Positions 38,159 to 48,834 of a stretch of DNA of 64,000 nt are shown here, in pieces. The notes under the pieces are model-generated. The model was not told the origin of the DNA. It saw only the letters and a list, made by a program, of their open reading frames with translations, and made no database searches. The DNA is taken from NCBI GenBank assembly GCA_963828525.1, contig CAWHEP010000002.1, positions 1-64,000 of the forward strand. Reading direction: 5' to 3'. A program made the translations under genes and the position numbers. How positions within the stretch are numbered: position 1 is the stretch's first letter; each line of letters opens with the position of its first letter. The DNA comes from an uncultured Verrucomicrobiae bacterium (GTDB taxonomy: Bacteria > Verrucomicrobiota > Verrucomicrobiia > Chthoniobacterales > Chthoniobacteraceae).

Positions 38159-38884
38159 ATGAAAAAGATCGTCCTCGTTACTGGAGCAAACAAAGGAATT
38201 GGACTGGAAATCTGCCGTCAACTCGCCGCAAAGGACTTCCACGTCCTTCTTGGCTCGCGGGACTCAGCGCGCGGCCGCGAGGCTGCGGAAGTCCTCGCAA
38301 AGGCTGGCGTGGAGGTGGAGCCATTTTGCGTGGATGTTTCCTCCGCTGATTCGCGCGACGCCGCGGCCAAGAGCATCTCAGAACAGTTTGGGCATTTGGA
38401 TGTCCTCATTAACAACGCGGGCTTGGGCGAAAAGGAAGACTGGGAGGGAACGGCAGAGACCGTGCCCATCGACACCCTTCGACGCACGTTTGAAACAAAC
38501 TTTTTCGGGCTTGTCGATCTCACCCAGCGCTTGCTGCCGCTCCTGAAGCGGAGCGCCTGCCCGCGTATCGTAAACCAATCCAGCATTTTAGGCTCCCTCA
38601 CGTCCCATAGCGATCCGAAGAGTCCCATCGCGGACATTCACGCGCTCGGATACGACGCCAGCAAATCAGCGCTGAACGCCTTCACCGTGCATCTGGCGAA
38701 GCTGCTCCGCGGCACGGCCTTCAAAATCAATTCGGCTCACCCCGGCAGCGTCAAGACGGACATGAATCCGTATGGCGCGCTCTCGGTTGAAGAAGGCGCC
38801 CGAACTGCCGTCGAACTCGCGATGCTGCCCGATGATGGCCCTTCGGGCGGGTTCTTCCATCTGGGCAAGACGTTGCCTTGGTAG
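38159..38884 (+). CDS. SDR family oxidoreductase (carbonyl reductase-like)
   Basis: VTGANKGIG, NNAG, YDASK, HPGSVKTDM. Confidence 0.95.
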   Translation: MKKIVLVTGANKGIGLEICRQLAAKDFHVLLGSRDSARGREAAEVLAKAGVEVEPFCVDVSSADSRDAAAKSISEQFGHLDVLINNAGLGEKEDWEGTAETVPIDTLRRTFETNFFGLVDLTQRLLPLLKRSACPRIVNQSSILGSLTSHSDPKSPIADIHALGYDASKSALNAFTVHLAKLLRGTAFKINSAHPGSVKTDMNPYGALSVEEGARTAVELAMLPDDGPSGGFFHLGKTLPW

Positions 38885-38886
38885 AC

Positions 38887-40134
38887 TTAGCCAGCGGTTT
38901 CGGAGAGAATCGGCACCTCGGCTGCCGGAAGAACTCCGAACGAGCGATCAATCTTCCCGATCAGCGCTTTGCCCAATTTCTGGCCGGGTTGCTCGATCAG
39001 GTAGTAGCAGGCCGACGCCGTGGCGAGGGTCAGGCTGAGCGAGGAAACAGACAGAACGAGGAACTGGACGTAGCCGCCATGAACCGGCGTCTTTCCAAAC
39101 AGATGCAGCACGAGTTTGTCGCTAATATCCAAGGCGTAGAACTGGGCGAGATAGCCGCTAAAACTCACCATGCCGAGAAAGCGCGTGAATGGGTTCACGA
39201 TGAGGGCTGTCGGCCGAAGCGACAGGCCCCACGCGAGCAGAAGAAACACCATTCCGTAACCGACATGCTGTTTCAGGATCGGGTTGTGCCACGATGCGCA
39301 AACCGCCGCGAGCAGCGCGGCGCACGCCAGTATCAACCACCCTGTGGCGGAACGATCACCCGCTTCTTCCAGTGTCGAGACGGTCGCGCGACTCTTCTTG
39401 AGCAGAAAGAACAGGATGATTCCGAGCGCGAAAACTGGAAGCTGCGCTGGCAGCCAGAAGTAGGTGAATTTGTTCACCATATAAAGTGTCTCCGCTGGCC
39501 AATGCCGCCCGATAATGCGATCCGCAAAGTGGCTGGAAGCCTCGCCGAAAATCAGGGCAGCAAGGAAGAACCAAATCGCCTTCTGGATGGTTCTCACATA
39601 CATGAACAGCAGCGGCACGATAAGGTAAAAGCACATCTCCACCCCTACCGACCACCCCCCGGGAACTACGGCGTTGATCTGAGACGGTGTCCACCCATGC
39701 GCGAAGGCGAAGGTCATCGCGATATCTTTGATGGAAATCCCGTTCGGTGACCAAACTCTCGGCCCCATCCCATCCCACCAAACATAAAAAATGATCGCGA
39801 GCCAGAACATCGGAGCGATCCGAAAAAACCGGCGGACGAAAAACGCGACGTATGGATGCTTGTCCTTGGTCCAGCGTGACGTGAGCGAGAGAAACAGAGT
39901 CGCCGCGGAGATGACGTAGAAGAGCTGGACGCCGTATTCCCCAAGACCCGTGACGCGCTGGAACGCCGGGGTGCAATACCCGTGCTGCCCCGCGTGGAAA
40001 AGCACAACCACGAGGAAGGCGAGCCCGCGCAGGGAATCAATGAAGTCCAGCCTGTTTGGGCCAGTCGACTGTCCGTGAGCGACTGGGACGGCAGGCGCCA
40101 TCGTGTTCGAGGTTGTTTCGTTGCCGAGCGTCAT
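38887..40134 (-). CDS. Acyltransferase family 3 (O-acetyltransferase)
   Basis: IDSLRGLA, GVQLFYVIS, RRFFRIAP, WSVGVEMCFY. Confidence 0.93.
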   Translation of the reverse strand: MTLGNETTSNTMAPAVPVAHGQSTGPNRLDFIDSLRGLAFLVVVLFHAGQHGYCTPAFQRVTGLGEYGVQLFYVISAATLFLSLTSRWTKDKHPYVAFFVRRFFRIAPMFWLAIIFYVWWDGMGPRVWSPNGISIKDIAMTFAFAHGWTPSQINAVVPGGWSVGVEMCFYLIVPLLFMYVRTIQKAIWFFLAALIFGEASSHFADRIIGRHWPAETLYMVNKFTYFWLPAQLPVFALGIILFFLLKKSRATVSTLEEAGDRSATGWLILACAALLAAVCASWHNPILKQHVGYGMVFLLLAWGLSLRPTALIVNPFTRFLGMVSFSGYLAQFYALDISDKLVLHLFGKTPVHGGYVQFLVLSVSSLSLTLATASACYYLIEQPGQKLGKALIGKIDRSFGVLPAAEVPILSETAG

Positions 40135-40147
40135 GAGTGGTATTGGG

Positions 40148-41425
40148 TCAGGAAAACGCGTCCCCGGGGCGCGGCAGGGTTTGCGGCACTGCGACTGCGC
40201 GCGCGTTCCGTGAAAAAAAGGATTCCGTTTTTGCAATAAGAAGCTTGCCGCATGCCTGTCCCGGCCGCTCGATCAAATGGTAGAGTAGCGAGGCGATTGC
40301 CACCGTGCTCAGCAGCGTTGTGGCGCAAAGCGCGATCAATTGAACATTGCCGCCATGCGAAGATGCTTTGCCGAAGAAGTGGGTCACGAGCCGGCAGCAC
40401 ACATCAAGCGCGAAGAACTGCGCGAGATACCCGCTATAGCTGATCATCCCGACATAGCGGGTCACCCTGTTTACCAGCAAGGGCGCGCTCTGGATGGAGA
40501 GTCCCCACGCAAGGAGGACAAAGGACACGCCATAAGCCACGTGTTGTTTCAAGACTGGGTTATGCAGCGTGGCGCTTACGCAAGCAAGGAGCGCGGCGCA
40601 TACAATCAGCAACCATCCGGACCCCGGAGCCGGGCCCGCTTCCCGGTGTCCGTCGTCCATTTGCTTTTCGCGGCGGAGTAGAAAAAACAGGATGATGCCG
40701 AGCGCAAAAACAGGAAGCTGCGCCGGCAGCCACAGATAGAAAAACCTGTTCAGCATAAACAGGATGCTCACTGGCCAGTGGCCGACTATCAGGCGATGCG
40801 CCACGTGGCTGAGTCCGGTACCCATCAGCACGCTACCGAGGAAAAACCAAACGGCACCCCGCGTACTCTTTATGAACGTAAACAGAAGCGGCACCACAAG
40901 ATAGAAAGACATCTCAACGCCCACGGTCCAATCCCCCGCGAAGACAGCGTTCGCCTCCTTGGGCATCCATCCGTGCGCGAACACTGCTGTAATGGCTATG
41001 TCTTTAAAAGAGACCCCATCAGGCGCCCATTGCCGCGGCGCCGTGCCCAACCACCACACGTAAAAGGCGATTGCCACCCAAAACATCGGGGCGATCCTGA
41101 AAAACCTGCGGATGAAAAACGCCGCGTACGGATACATGTCTCGCTTCCAGCGCGAGGTAAGGGACAGGAAGAGCGTTGCGGCGGAGATTACAAAGAAGAG
41201 CTGAACGCCGAACTCGCCCTGGCTTGTGATCTTCAGGAGCAAAGGGCTGCCGAAACCCCTCATGCCGGCGTGAAAGATCACCACCGCGATGAAAGCCCAT
41301 CCACGCAACGCGTCGATGAAGTCGAGCCGCTGCCCTCCTCCCGCTCTCGCGTTCAATTCCACGCCCGCGAGCGTTTCGCCGGCTCCGTCGGGCAGCCCCT
41401 TCTCGACAAGCGCGGGCGCTTTCAC
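40148..41425 (-). CDS. Acyltransferase family 3, tandem paralog
   Basis: IDALRGWA, GVQLFFVIS, RRFFRIAP, WTVGVEMSFY. Confidence 0.93.
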   Translation of the reverse strand: MKAPALVEKGLPDGAGETLAGVELNARAGGGQRLDFIDALRGWAFIAVVIFHAGMRGFGSPLLLKITSQGEFGVQLFFVISAATLFLSLTSRWKRDMYPYAAFFIRRFFRIAPMFWVAIAFYVWWLGTAPRQWAPDGVSFKDIAITAVFAHGWMPKEANAVFAGDWTVGVEMSFYLVVPLLFTFIKSTRGAVWFFLGSVLMGTGLSHVAHRLIVGHWPVSILFMLNRFFYLWLPAQLPVFALGIILFFLLRREKQMDDGHREAGPAPGSGWLLIVCAALLACVSATLHNPVLKQHVAYGVSFVLLAWGLSIQSAPLLVNRVTRYVGMISYSGYLAQFFALDVCCRLVTHFFGKASSHGGNVQLIALCATTLLSTVAIASLLYHLIERPGQACGKLLIAKTESFFSRNARAVAVPQTLPRPGDAFS

Positions 41426-41434
41426 GCTCAGGCC

Positions 41435-42916
41435 TTAATAGGCGTTCTCGCGCTTCAGGAAGGTAAGAACCATCACCTGAAAATCGAGAAGGAGATTCCA
41501 ATTCTCCAAATAGAACAGATCACAACGCACACGTTCGGTAAGATCTGTATCTCCGCGGAATCCTTTAACCTGTGCCCATCCCGTGATGCCCGGCTTCACA
41601 TTGTGACGCGCGTTGTAGTGGGGAACCACGTCACTCAGTTTTTCTGAGTGGAAGATCCGCTCAGGCCGCGGACCGACAAGGCTCATGTCTCCCTTTAGCA
41701 CGTTCCAGAACTGCGGCGTCTCATCGAGGTTCCATTTGCGCATAAACGCGCCGATCTTGAGCACCCGGCTGTCTTCACGCAAAGTGGACTGGTTGAGATG
41801 ATCGGTCTTTTCCGACCCGAGTTTCATGCTTCGAATCTTGAACATGGCAAACCCGCGGCCATTCCGACCCATGCGCTCCTGCCTGAAGAAAATGGGCCCG
41901 GGCGATTCTCTGTGAACGAGATATCCGCAGATCGCTATGACTGGCGTTGAAAGGATCAAACCGACCAAAGCTCCCGCGATATCCACAGCCCGCTTCAACA
42001 TCACGTTGAAAAGTCTGTCCAGCGGAAGCTGGGTGACGCCGAGGATCGGGATGCCGTTCACCGTCTCAAGGTGCAGGCCAGAGACCAAAATCTGGAAGTA
42101 GGACGGTATGACCTTGAATTGAACCATTTCCTTCTCGCACATGTTCGCCAGCGAGACGATCTGCTCGCGCTCTGTGTTCAGATCCGTCAAGATCACCATG
42201 TCAATCGCGTGGCCCTGCAAGACCTGCTCGATCTCTGAATAGAAACCAAGGTGGTTGATGTCCTCAGGCAGCTCAGGCAGCGACTTCGCTTGCGGGAGCA
42301 CACAACCTACGATTTCGTAAGGGTGGCTCGGATCCTTGGAAATGGAATTCGACAGCCGCTCGGATTCGGCGCTCCATCCGACAATCAGGATGCGCTGGCG
42401 CAAATGCTGGGCGATCGCCTCACGATGGAGGAAGCGGTGAAACAGGTACCTCCAGGAAAGCAGCCCGAACATGGCGCTGCCGCCTGCAATGCCTACGAAC
42501 AGCCTCGAAATCGAAGGCTGAAAATGGAACATCAGGTCCAGCCCCATGAAGGCCATGACCCACATGCCGCAACCTTTCACGATCAGAAGAGAAACACGGC
42601 GGTAGCGCAGCAGGTTCTGCCTTTCGTAAACGCGAAGAAAGGCGAGCACAAAGAGAAGAGCGATGGTGCCGAAAATGATGTGGTGGCTGTAATCGTGAAG
42701 CGTGAAACTCCTCGCGAGGCTTTTTACCCGATTAATCCCCGTTTCGAACCGAAGCCAGAAGCTGAACAGCACTGCCGCAAACGCGACCGCGCAGTCACCC
42801 ATCAGACTCCATCCCAGAGCGCGGACAGGCATGCTCCGATCCGTGCTCAAATCCCGAGGCGCGTCTGCTACTACCTCGAACACCGACGTCGCAATTTTGC
42901 TTTGTTGAACAAACAT
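41435..42916 (-). CDS. Polyprenyl glycosylphosphotransferase (WcaJ/WbaP family)
   Basis: N-terminal TMs, KRAVDI, FKIRSM, LDETPQFWNVLKGDMSLVGPRPER, KPGITGWAQV. Confidence 0.95.
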   Translation of the reverse strand: MFVQQSKIATSVFEVVADAPRDLSTDRSMPVRALGWSLMGDCAVAFAAVLFSFWLRFETGINRVKSLARSFTLHDYSHHIIFGTIALLFVLAFLRVYERQNLLRYRRVSLLIVKGCGMWVMAFMGLDLMFHFQPSISRLFVGIAGGSAMFGLLSWRYLFHRFLHREAIAQHLRQRILIVGWSAESERLSNSISKDPSHPYEIVGCVLPQAKSLPELPEDINHLGFYSEIEQVLQGHAIDMVILTDLNTEREQIVSLANMCEKEMVQFKVIPSYFQILVSGLHLETVNGIPILGVTQLPLDRLFNVMLKRAVDIAGALVGLILSTPVIAICGYLVHRESPGPIFFRQERMGRNGRGFAMFKIRSMKLGSEKTDHLNQSTLREDSRVLKIGAFMRKWNLDETPQFWNVLKGDMSLVGPRPERIFHSEKLSDVVPHYNARHNVKPGITGWAQVKGFRGDTDLTERVRCDLFYLENWNLLLDFQVMVLTFLKRENAY

Positions 42917-43170
42917 AATCCCTAATACCTTTCTTTGTTCGCTAAATTATCTGTGCGGTTCCGCGAATTCATTTCGGAGCAGATGTTAGCACCACTATAA
43001 TTACGAGAACAGCGGGAAAGTTCTGATAGCCTTGTAGTCATTCTAGAACGTCTCTGTAGGTCTTAGTCCTACGCGACGCTCTTCTACTAGGAAAAGTTTA
43101 TCGGTCGAACGCCTGGGCTCCATCTCCGCCTTCTTTGCGCCCCGCTGCTTTTTCTGCTGTAAAGGAACAG

Positions 43171-44979
43171 ATGCGCCCCTCGATCTTCCGCCAGAGTGCC
43201 CTTGCGAAATGGCTGCCGGGGCTGCTCGGTGTGGCAGGAGTGTTCATCTTGATGGCGCGATGGAGTTGGCGGAAATGGGCCGACGTTCTCGTCGATTTTG
43301 GAGAACAACTCTATGCCCCGTGGCAGATCGGACAGGGCAAAGTTCTCTACAGGGACATCGGCTACGCGATTGGTCCCCTCTCCCAATATGGGAACGCCCT
43401 GCTGTTCAAGATTTTCGGGGTTTCCCTTTCGACCCTGATCGGAGCGAACCTCGCGCTGCTGGCCCTGTCGGTGGTGTTCATTTACTGGCTCTTGATTCGC
43501 TGCGCGGATCAGATCACCGCCACCGCCGCTTGCGCCGTCATCCTCTCGGTATTCGCCGTCTCGCAATACGTTGGGATCGGCAACTACAACTTCATATGTC
43601 CCTACAGCCACGAGGCGACACATGGTCTCATGCTCGCCATCCTGGATGTCTGGCTGCTCTGCCAGTGTGTTCGCTCGACAAGCCGGGGCTGGTTCGCGGC
43701 TGCCGGATTCTGTTGCGGATTGGTCTTCCTGACGAAACCGGAGATTTTCGTCGCGCTCCTTGCAGCAACGGCTGCAGCCTGCTTCTGCGGGCTATCTGAT
43801 CGCAGATCGACCGCGCCAGCAGCTCTGAGCGGGGCCGCCTGCTTCTGTCTGTGCGCCCTCATTCCGCCTGCCGCGTTCTTCGTTTATTTTGAAAATGTGC
43901 TTCACGGAAGCGCAGGGCTTGCGGCTGTGCTTGGCTCCTGGAATGTGGCGTCCGCCGCCCCGATGGTGAGGAGCAATTTCTATAAATGGTGCCTGGGACT
44001 GGACGAACCTCTCGCCAACGCCGGGCTCATGGTCTTTCATTTCGCCGGAGCCTCCTGCGTTATCCTTGCTTGCGCGCTTTGCTCAAAGCGCGGAGCAGGC
44101 GTCACCGCTTCGCGCCGCGTGACTTGTTGGTTGCTGCTGCTCGCGCTGGCAGGCGTCGCCGCTATGCTGGATTGGTCGGAATGCGGACGCTGCCTTCCGT
44201 TGATGATGGCATGCGTCTGCGTCTCCCTCGGCAGGAAATGGTGGCGCGATTCCGCCGCTCGTCCGGCGCTGCTGCTGCCGCTGGTGTGGTCGGTTTTCGC
44301 CCTGGCGCTTCTCGCGAAAATGGGAATCCATTGCCGCGTATGGCACTACGGATTTTGCCTCGCAATGCCCGCGGCGGTTTCGGTCATCTACTTCCTCACA
44401 TGGTTCCTGCCCCGCTCCATTGAGAAATACGGCGCGCGCCCGGGGGTCTTCCGCTTCTCCATTCTGCTTCTGGTTGCGATAGGCGCGTTCCGGCTTGTCC
44501 TTGTCTCGAACGAATTCTACCGTGTTAAAACATACGCCATCGGGCTCGGCGGAGACCGGATGATGAGCTTGCACCCGCGACTCAACGCGCGCGGTTGGGC
44601 TGTGAACCAGACCTTGCAATGGATCGACCGGAACACTGCCGCGTCTGCCACGCTATCCGTGATCCCGGAAGGGATCATGATCAACTATCTGTCGCGCAGG
44701 AGCAACCCGACCCCTTACACCACCCTCGTGCCAATGGCCTCGGGAAACTTTGATCAGGGGCGGGTGCTGAATTCTTTTTTAGAACAGCGCCCTGACTACA
44801 TCATCCTGTTCCACAAGGATACCTCCGAATGGGGGGAAAAGTTCTTCGGCCATTCGCCCGCCTACGGACTTTCGCTTATGCAATGGATCAACAAATCCTA
44901 CCGGGTTGCCTGGCAATTCGGCAGCGAGCCGCTTCAGGACGAGAAGTTTGGTATAAAAGCCATGAAGCGGACCGATTAA
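43171..44979 (+). CDS. Multi-TM GT-C-like (PMT/ArnT-type) glycosyltransferase
   Basis: VDFGEQLY...G.VLYRD, LTKPEI, many TMs, C-terminal RPDYII periplasmic domain. Confidence 0.7.
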   Translation: MRPSIFRQSALAKWLPGLLGVAGVFILMARWSWRKWADVLVDFGEQLYAPWQIGQGKVLYRDIGYAIGPLSQYGNALLFKIFGVSLSTLIGANLALLALSVVFIYWLLIRCADQITATAACAVILSVFAVSQYVGIGNYNFICPYSHEATHGLMLAILDVWLLCQCVRSTSRGWFAAAGFCCGLVFLTKPEIFVALLAATAAACFCGLSDRRSTAPAALSGAACFCLCALIPPAAFFVYFENVLHGSAGLAAVLGSWNVASAAPMVRSNFYKWCLGLDEPLANAGLMVFHFAGASCVILACALCSKRGAGVTASRRVTCWLLLLALAGVAAMLDWSECGRCLPLMMACVCVSLGRKWWRDSAARPALLLPLVWSVFALALLAKMGIHCRVWHYGFCLAMPAAVSVIYFLTWFLPRSIEKYGARPGVFRFSILLLVAIGAFRLVLVSNEFYRVKTYAIGLGGDRMMSLHPRLNARGWAVNQTLQWIDRNTAASATLSVIPEGIMINYLSRRSNPTPYTTLVPMASGNFDQGRVLNSFLEQRPDYIILFHKDTSEWGEKFFGHSPAYGLSLMQWINKSYRVAWQFGSEPLQDEKFGIKAMKRTD

Positions 44980-44988
44980 GGTCCGCCT

Positions 44989-46203
44989 CTAGGCTCCAAC
45001 CGCGCGCGACGTTTCTTCGAGCCATCCGAAAAGACCGGAGGCATGGGCCCGGGTCAAAGCCGCCTCTCGAGAGAAGTGCTCGGTCAGGGTCGCGCGAGCT
45101 TGCATTCCCAGCCGCATGCGAGCCGCCGGATCACGGTAGAGATATTCCAAATGAGTGACAAACTCGGAAGCCGAAGCCGCCACAAGGCAGCTCGCGCCGT
45201 GCTGGAGAGTCGTGCCTTCGAAGCCTGGCTGCCATGTCACAATGGGCAGGCCGGCAGCCGCGAGTTCCATTGTTTTAATTTTAAGACCCGAGACCTGCAG
45301 GTCGAGGACGACCGCCGCGCTGGCGTCGCGGAATACCTCGGCCATCTGCGCTTCCGAAAGACCGTCCAGAACCTTCAAGATTGGCTCCGAAACCGGCAGG
45401 CTGCGCTTGAACTCCTCCGGCATGCGACCGGCGACAACCAGCCTCAAACCCGGGCATGTCCTCCGCAGGGGAGTGTAAACTTCTTCGATGAACAAACTCA
45501 GGCCGCGCCGCTTTTCCCACGTATCGAAGCTGCCGGTGGCAAGCAGATAGCTAAACTCTTGTGAGTAGGAGCGCGCGGCGGGAGGAAACTCGAAAAACAG
45601 CGGCGCCACCTCGATGGGTTTTGCCGACCATTGCGACAACCTTCCAGCGTCTTGTGGTGTAAGCGCGAGAGCGCGATCGCATCGCTTTAGCAACCGCTCC
45701 TGGAAGCCCAAATATTGCCCCCGCAGAGCCGTAAAGCGCGCTTTCTTAAAAAAGTCAGGCTCCATCTTAATAAGCGAGTCCGCGTACGCGACCATGTCAT
45801 CGTGCGCTATGTAAACCGTCCGCGCGCGCGATTTCGGAACAAGATCAATCAACCAACTGGAATAGATGTGATCGAAGATCACCACCTCGGGCTCGGTATC
45901 GGCCAGCAAGCGCGAAAACCGCTCCCGCACCAGTCTGCGATGGAACTGGCGGTTGGCGAACGATTCGGGCGCAAAATCGAGAAAGACCTTCAGAACTCTG
46001 CGTGAAGAAGCGACCTTGCCCGCCAACACTGTTGCTCCGTTCACCTGCATCGGGTAATCGCCGGTTTGTTCAGACTGGAGACAGCAAACCGCGACGTCGA
46101 GCGCTTCCGAAAACAACGCGATCAGGTTTCTGGAAACGGCCGCGGTGCCGCCAAACATCCCCCATGGCGCGAACGGGGTTACGAAAAGGATCCTGCTTCC
46201 CAT
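44989..46203 (-). CDS. Glycosyltransferase family 4
   Basis: RILFVTP, GLKIKTMELAAAGLPIV. Confidence 0.88.
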   Translation of the reverse strand: MGSRILFVTPFAPWGMFGGTAAVSRNLIALFSEALDVAVCCLQSEQTGDYPMQVNGATVLAGKVASSRRVLKVFLDFAPESFANRQFHRRLVRERFSRLLADTEPEVVIFDHIYSSWLIDLVPKSRARTVYIAHDDMVAYADSLIKMEPDFFKKARFTALRGQYLGFQERLLKRCDRALALTPQDAGRLSQWSAKPIEVAPLFFEFPPAARSYSQEFSYLLATGSFDTWEKRRGLSLFIEEVYTPLRRTCPGLRLVVAGRMPEEFKRSLPVSEPILKVLDGLSEAQMAEVFRDASAAVVLDLQVSGLKIKTMELAAAGLPIVTWQPGFEGTTLQHGASCLVAASASEFVTHLEYLYRDPAARMRLGMQARATLTEHFSREAALTRAHASGLFGWLEETSRAVGA

Positions 46204-46207
46204 GTGC

Positions 46208-47713
46208 CTAGCGACCGGCGCGGCGCGGGGGTTGAGTGATGAGGCGCGGAGGAGGCATGGGCCGGTTGGACAAACCTTCCGCCCTACGCTGGCGGGCCTT
46301 TTGCAGGATCAGGTAGCCGGCGATAACGCTCACAATGGTTGGCAAGAGGGCCGTTGTGAATACGAGCAAGCTCCGCATCGAGATCACGGCGGCAAAGAAA
46401 CCCGACGCGTAGCTGAGGATGCCAAACTCGGAATTGCGCGGAGAAGCGAGATGCCCCCACCAGCCTGTGATTACGCCAAAAAAGAGGCCGGCTGCAAATA
46501 CTCCAATCATCCCGCCCGCCATATAAGCCTCGCCCACAAAACTGGCAGCCAAGGTAAACCCTTCCACTCCCACCGCGTCCTCTATGGAGAGAGACATGCC
46601 TTCAGGTTTTCCCGCCCAAAGCGCGCGGGGGATGGGACGAATAAGCGCGAGATAAGGTATTTCCCAGCCCAGGTAAGCGTGGCGCTTTGGAAAAACCTCC
46701 ACCAACTGGCAGATGGTATAAAGATTGTAATCGATGAAAACGCCCGGCTGATCGTCGGGCGAATACTCCTCGGGCTGGTAATTGCCCTCCACGTAATTCT
46801 CCAGCCCGACCTGGCGAAACCGGAGCATGTACACCGAGGCGAAGAAGAACACGACAGCGCACGTCACGGCTACAAATACCAGCTCCTTCTTCGCCCGCGC
46901 GCGCATCGAGAATGCGTAGCCAATCAGGAAAGTGACAATGTACGACGCCAGCAAGTTTCGCGTGCCGGTCGCAAACCCATAGAAAAATACGAAGAGCAAA
47001 CCCGCGGCGACCATGAAAACCTGGAAGCTGTTGTACTCGCGGCGGCGCGCGAGGATAATCCCCGCCAGAGGCGGAGCGAGAAAGACCACCATTTCAATCT
47101 CGTGAAGCAATGCCTTCCAATCGCCAAGGCGCGGCCTTCCCCATGGCTGTGTGAAGCGCGGCGCCAGTAGGTATTTGAAAAACAGCGCCGGGCTGAAATC
47201 CACTGAAAGAAACATGTAGAGAAAACCCAGGATAATGGATCCCCAAAACAGGCATACGATGAGTGTTTTGGGCACCGGGCGGGTGAACAGATCCGAGAGC
47301 GGATGCTTCCGCAGATTTGGGAGATGCCTGCCGATTCCAAGACCGGCGAACCCGATCAAACAAGCAATCAATGCCGTCTTCTCAGACGCCATCATCCCGG
47401 ACGCCAGATCGTCAAAGATGGGCTGATGAAAGAAAAATTCGAAAAGGGTCAGAAAGAACAGAGCAAGCATCGCCATCAGATCCGGACGCACCAGGTTGCG
47501 AAACCCGAGGCGCAGGTCATCCATGATGCTCAGCGCGATACTGATGGATACGCCGTAGGATACATAAGCGGCCATGGCCGAGGGCGTCTTCCCGTGCAAG
47601 GTGAGGCCAGTGACGCAGAGCCCGACGAGGAAGAGAGCCGTGCCCATGACCTGGGGGCGCGGAGCCGTTCCGACTTCCGGAGTCGCTTTATTCACCGCTT
47701 CTTTTGTTCTCAT
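46208..47713 (-). CDS. Wzy-like oligosaccharide repeat-unit polymerase
   Basis: About 11 TMs, GTRN, RPIPRALWAGKP, FVGEAYMAGG. Confidence 0.8.
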   Translation of the reverse strand: MRTKEAVNKATPEVGTAPRPQVMGTALFLVGLCVTGLTLHGKTPSAMAAYVSYGVSISIALSIMDDLRLGFRNLVRPDLMAMLALFFLTLFEFFFHQPIFDDLASGMMASEKTALIACLIGFAGLGIGRHLPNLRKHPLSDLFTRPVPKTLIVCLFWGSIILGFLYMFLSVDFSPALFFKYLLAPRFTQPWGRPRLGDWKALLHEIEMVVFLAPPLAGIILARRREYNSFQVFMVAAGLLFVFFYGFATGTRNLLASYIVTFLIGYAFSMRARAKKELVFVAVTCAVVFFFASVYMLRFRQVGLENYVEGNYQPEEYSPDDQPGVFIDYNLYTICQLVEVFPKRHAYLGWEIPYLALIRPIPRALWAGKPEGMSLSIEDAVGVEGFTLAASFVGEAYMAGGMIGVFAAGLFFGVITGWWGHLASPRNSEFGILSYASGFFAAVISMRSLLVFTTALLPTIVSVIAGYLILQKARQRRAEGLSNRPMPPPRLITQPPRRAGR

Positions 47714-48834
47714 CGTACACTCTCGCTGCAAGCCGCCAGGCGCGCCGCGGAATCGCTCCAAAGGTATTTTCCCTCGCAACGACTCGCATTGGCTTCCCAC
47801 CAGTTCAGCTCCCGCAGGAGAGATTCGGCATTAGCCGTAGCAAAAATGGAGCCATTGACGCGATGCTTTATCAGGTCGGACGCGCCGACACGATCACTCA
47901 CAATGCAAGGAGTGCCACAGTTTAGCGCCTGAGGAACGACGAGACCAAAGCCTTCCTCCAATGAAGGAAGCACAAGGACTGACGCGGATTGGAAGGCCTC
48001 CGCCAGGACGGTTTGGGACACCGACTCGTGGAAATTCAGGACGCAGTCTACTTTGCAACTCTCGAGATCAAACTTCGCTTCCGCCAAAAGGGCCCCGTAA
48101 AAATCCACCCGCCAGTCACGACGTCCGGACAAGCGCAAGGCCTGCAAAAGAGTCAGCAGCCCTTTCCTCAAACCCACCTGCCCGGCGAAGACAATGCGGA
48201 ATTTCGACGACGGCGGCAGCGTGGCAGGATGGAAAATGGCGGTGTCGGCTCCGTAGGGCACCTGCCAAATCTTTTCAGGAGCGACTCCCAGGCTTTCGAG
48301 TTGCTCGCGAACGATCCGGGATGCGACGCAATGGAAGTCGGCCAGGCGATACTCTTCTTCCTCTCGACGGAAGTAGTCCGCGTCGTAGGGACAAAGATCG
48401 GTCAGCTTCAGGCCGACTCTGCGATATTCAGGCTCCATGACACGCACCCACTCACGAACCGGACCTGTCGCGTGGTTCAGCACTGTCCGAACTCCCACTG
48501 CCCGCGCCTTCCGGAACGATTGAAGGCATTGGCCCGGCATCCCATGCAGGAAATCGCAGGGCTCCAGTTTAGCGCCCACCCAGCGATCAAATCCGGCGTC
48601 CTGCCAGAGAAAGAGTGATCGCGAATGACCTCTCGCCCAACCGGGAAACAGCTTTAAGAGTCCGTAAACGATATTCGTCCTCCAGCTATTTGAACGAACA
48701 GGAATCTCATTGGAACGCGGCAACTTCCAATGTGGATAGCCTGAATAATAAGCCCCGAGGTTGTGCTGGGCGCCCAGTTCGAGCGCCATCGGGTAAAGAT
48801 GGCAAGGGTTTGTGGCAGCAATGGAAATTTTCAT
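47710..48834 (-). CDS. Glycosyltransferase family 4
   Basis: GQVGLRKG, LPSLEEGFGLVVPQALNCG. Confidence 0.93.
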   Translation of the reverse strand: MKISIAATNPCHLYPMALELGAQHNLGAYYSGYPHWKLPRSNEIPVRSNSWRTNIVYGLLKLFPGWARGHSRSLFLWQDAGFDRWVGAKLEPCDFLHGMPGQCLQSFRKARAVGVRTVLNHATGPVREWVRVMEPEYRRVGLKLTDLCPYDADYFRREEEEYRLADFHCVASRIVREQLESLGVAPEKIWQVPYGADTAIFHPATLPPSSKFRIVFAGQVGLRKGLLTLLQALRLSGRRDWRVDFYGALLAEAKFDLESCKVDCVLNFHESVSQTVLAEAFQSASVLVLPSLEEGFGLVVPQALNCGTPCIVSDRVGASDLIKHRVNGSIFATANAESLLRELNWWEANASRCEGKYLWSDSAARLAACSESVR

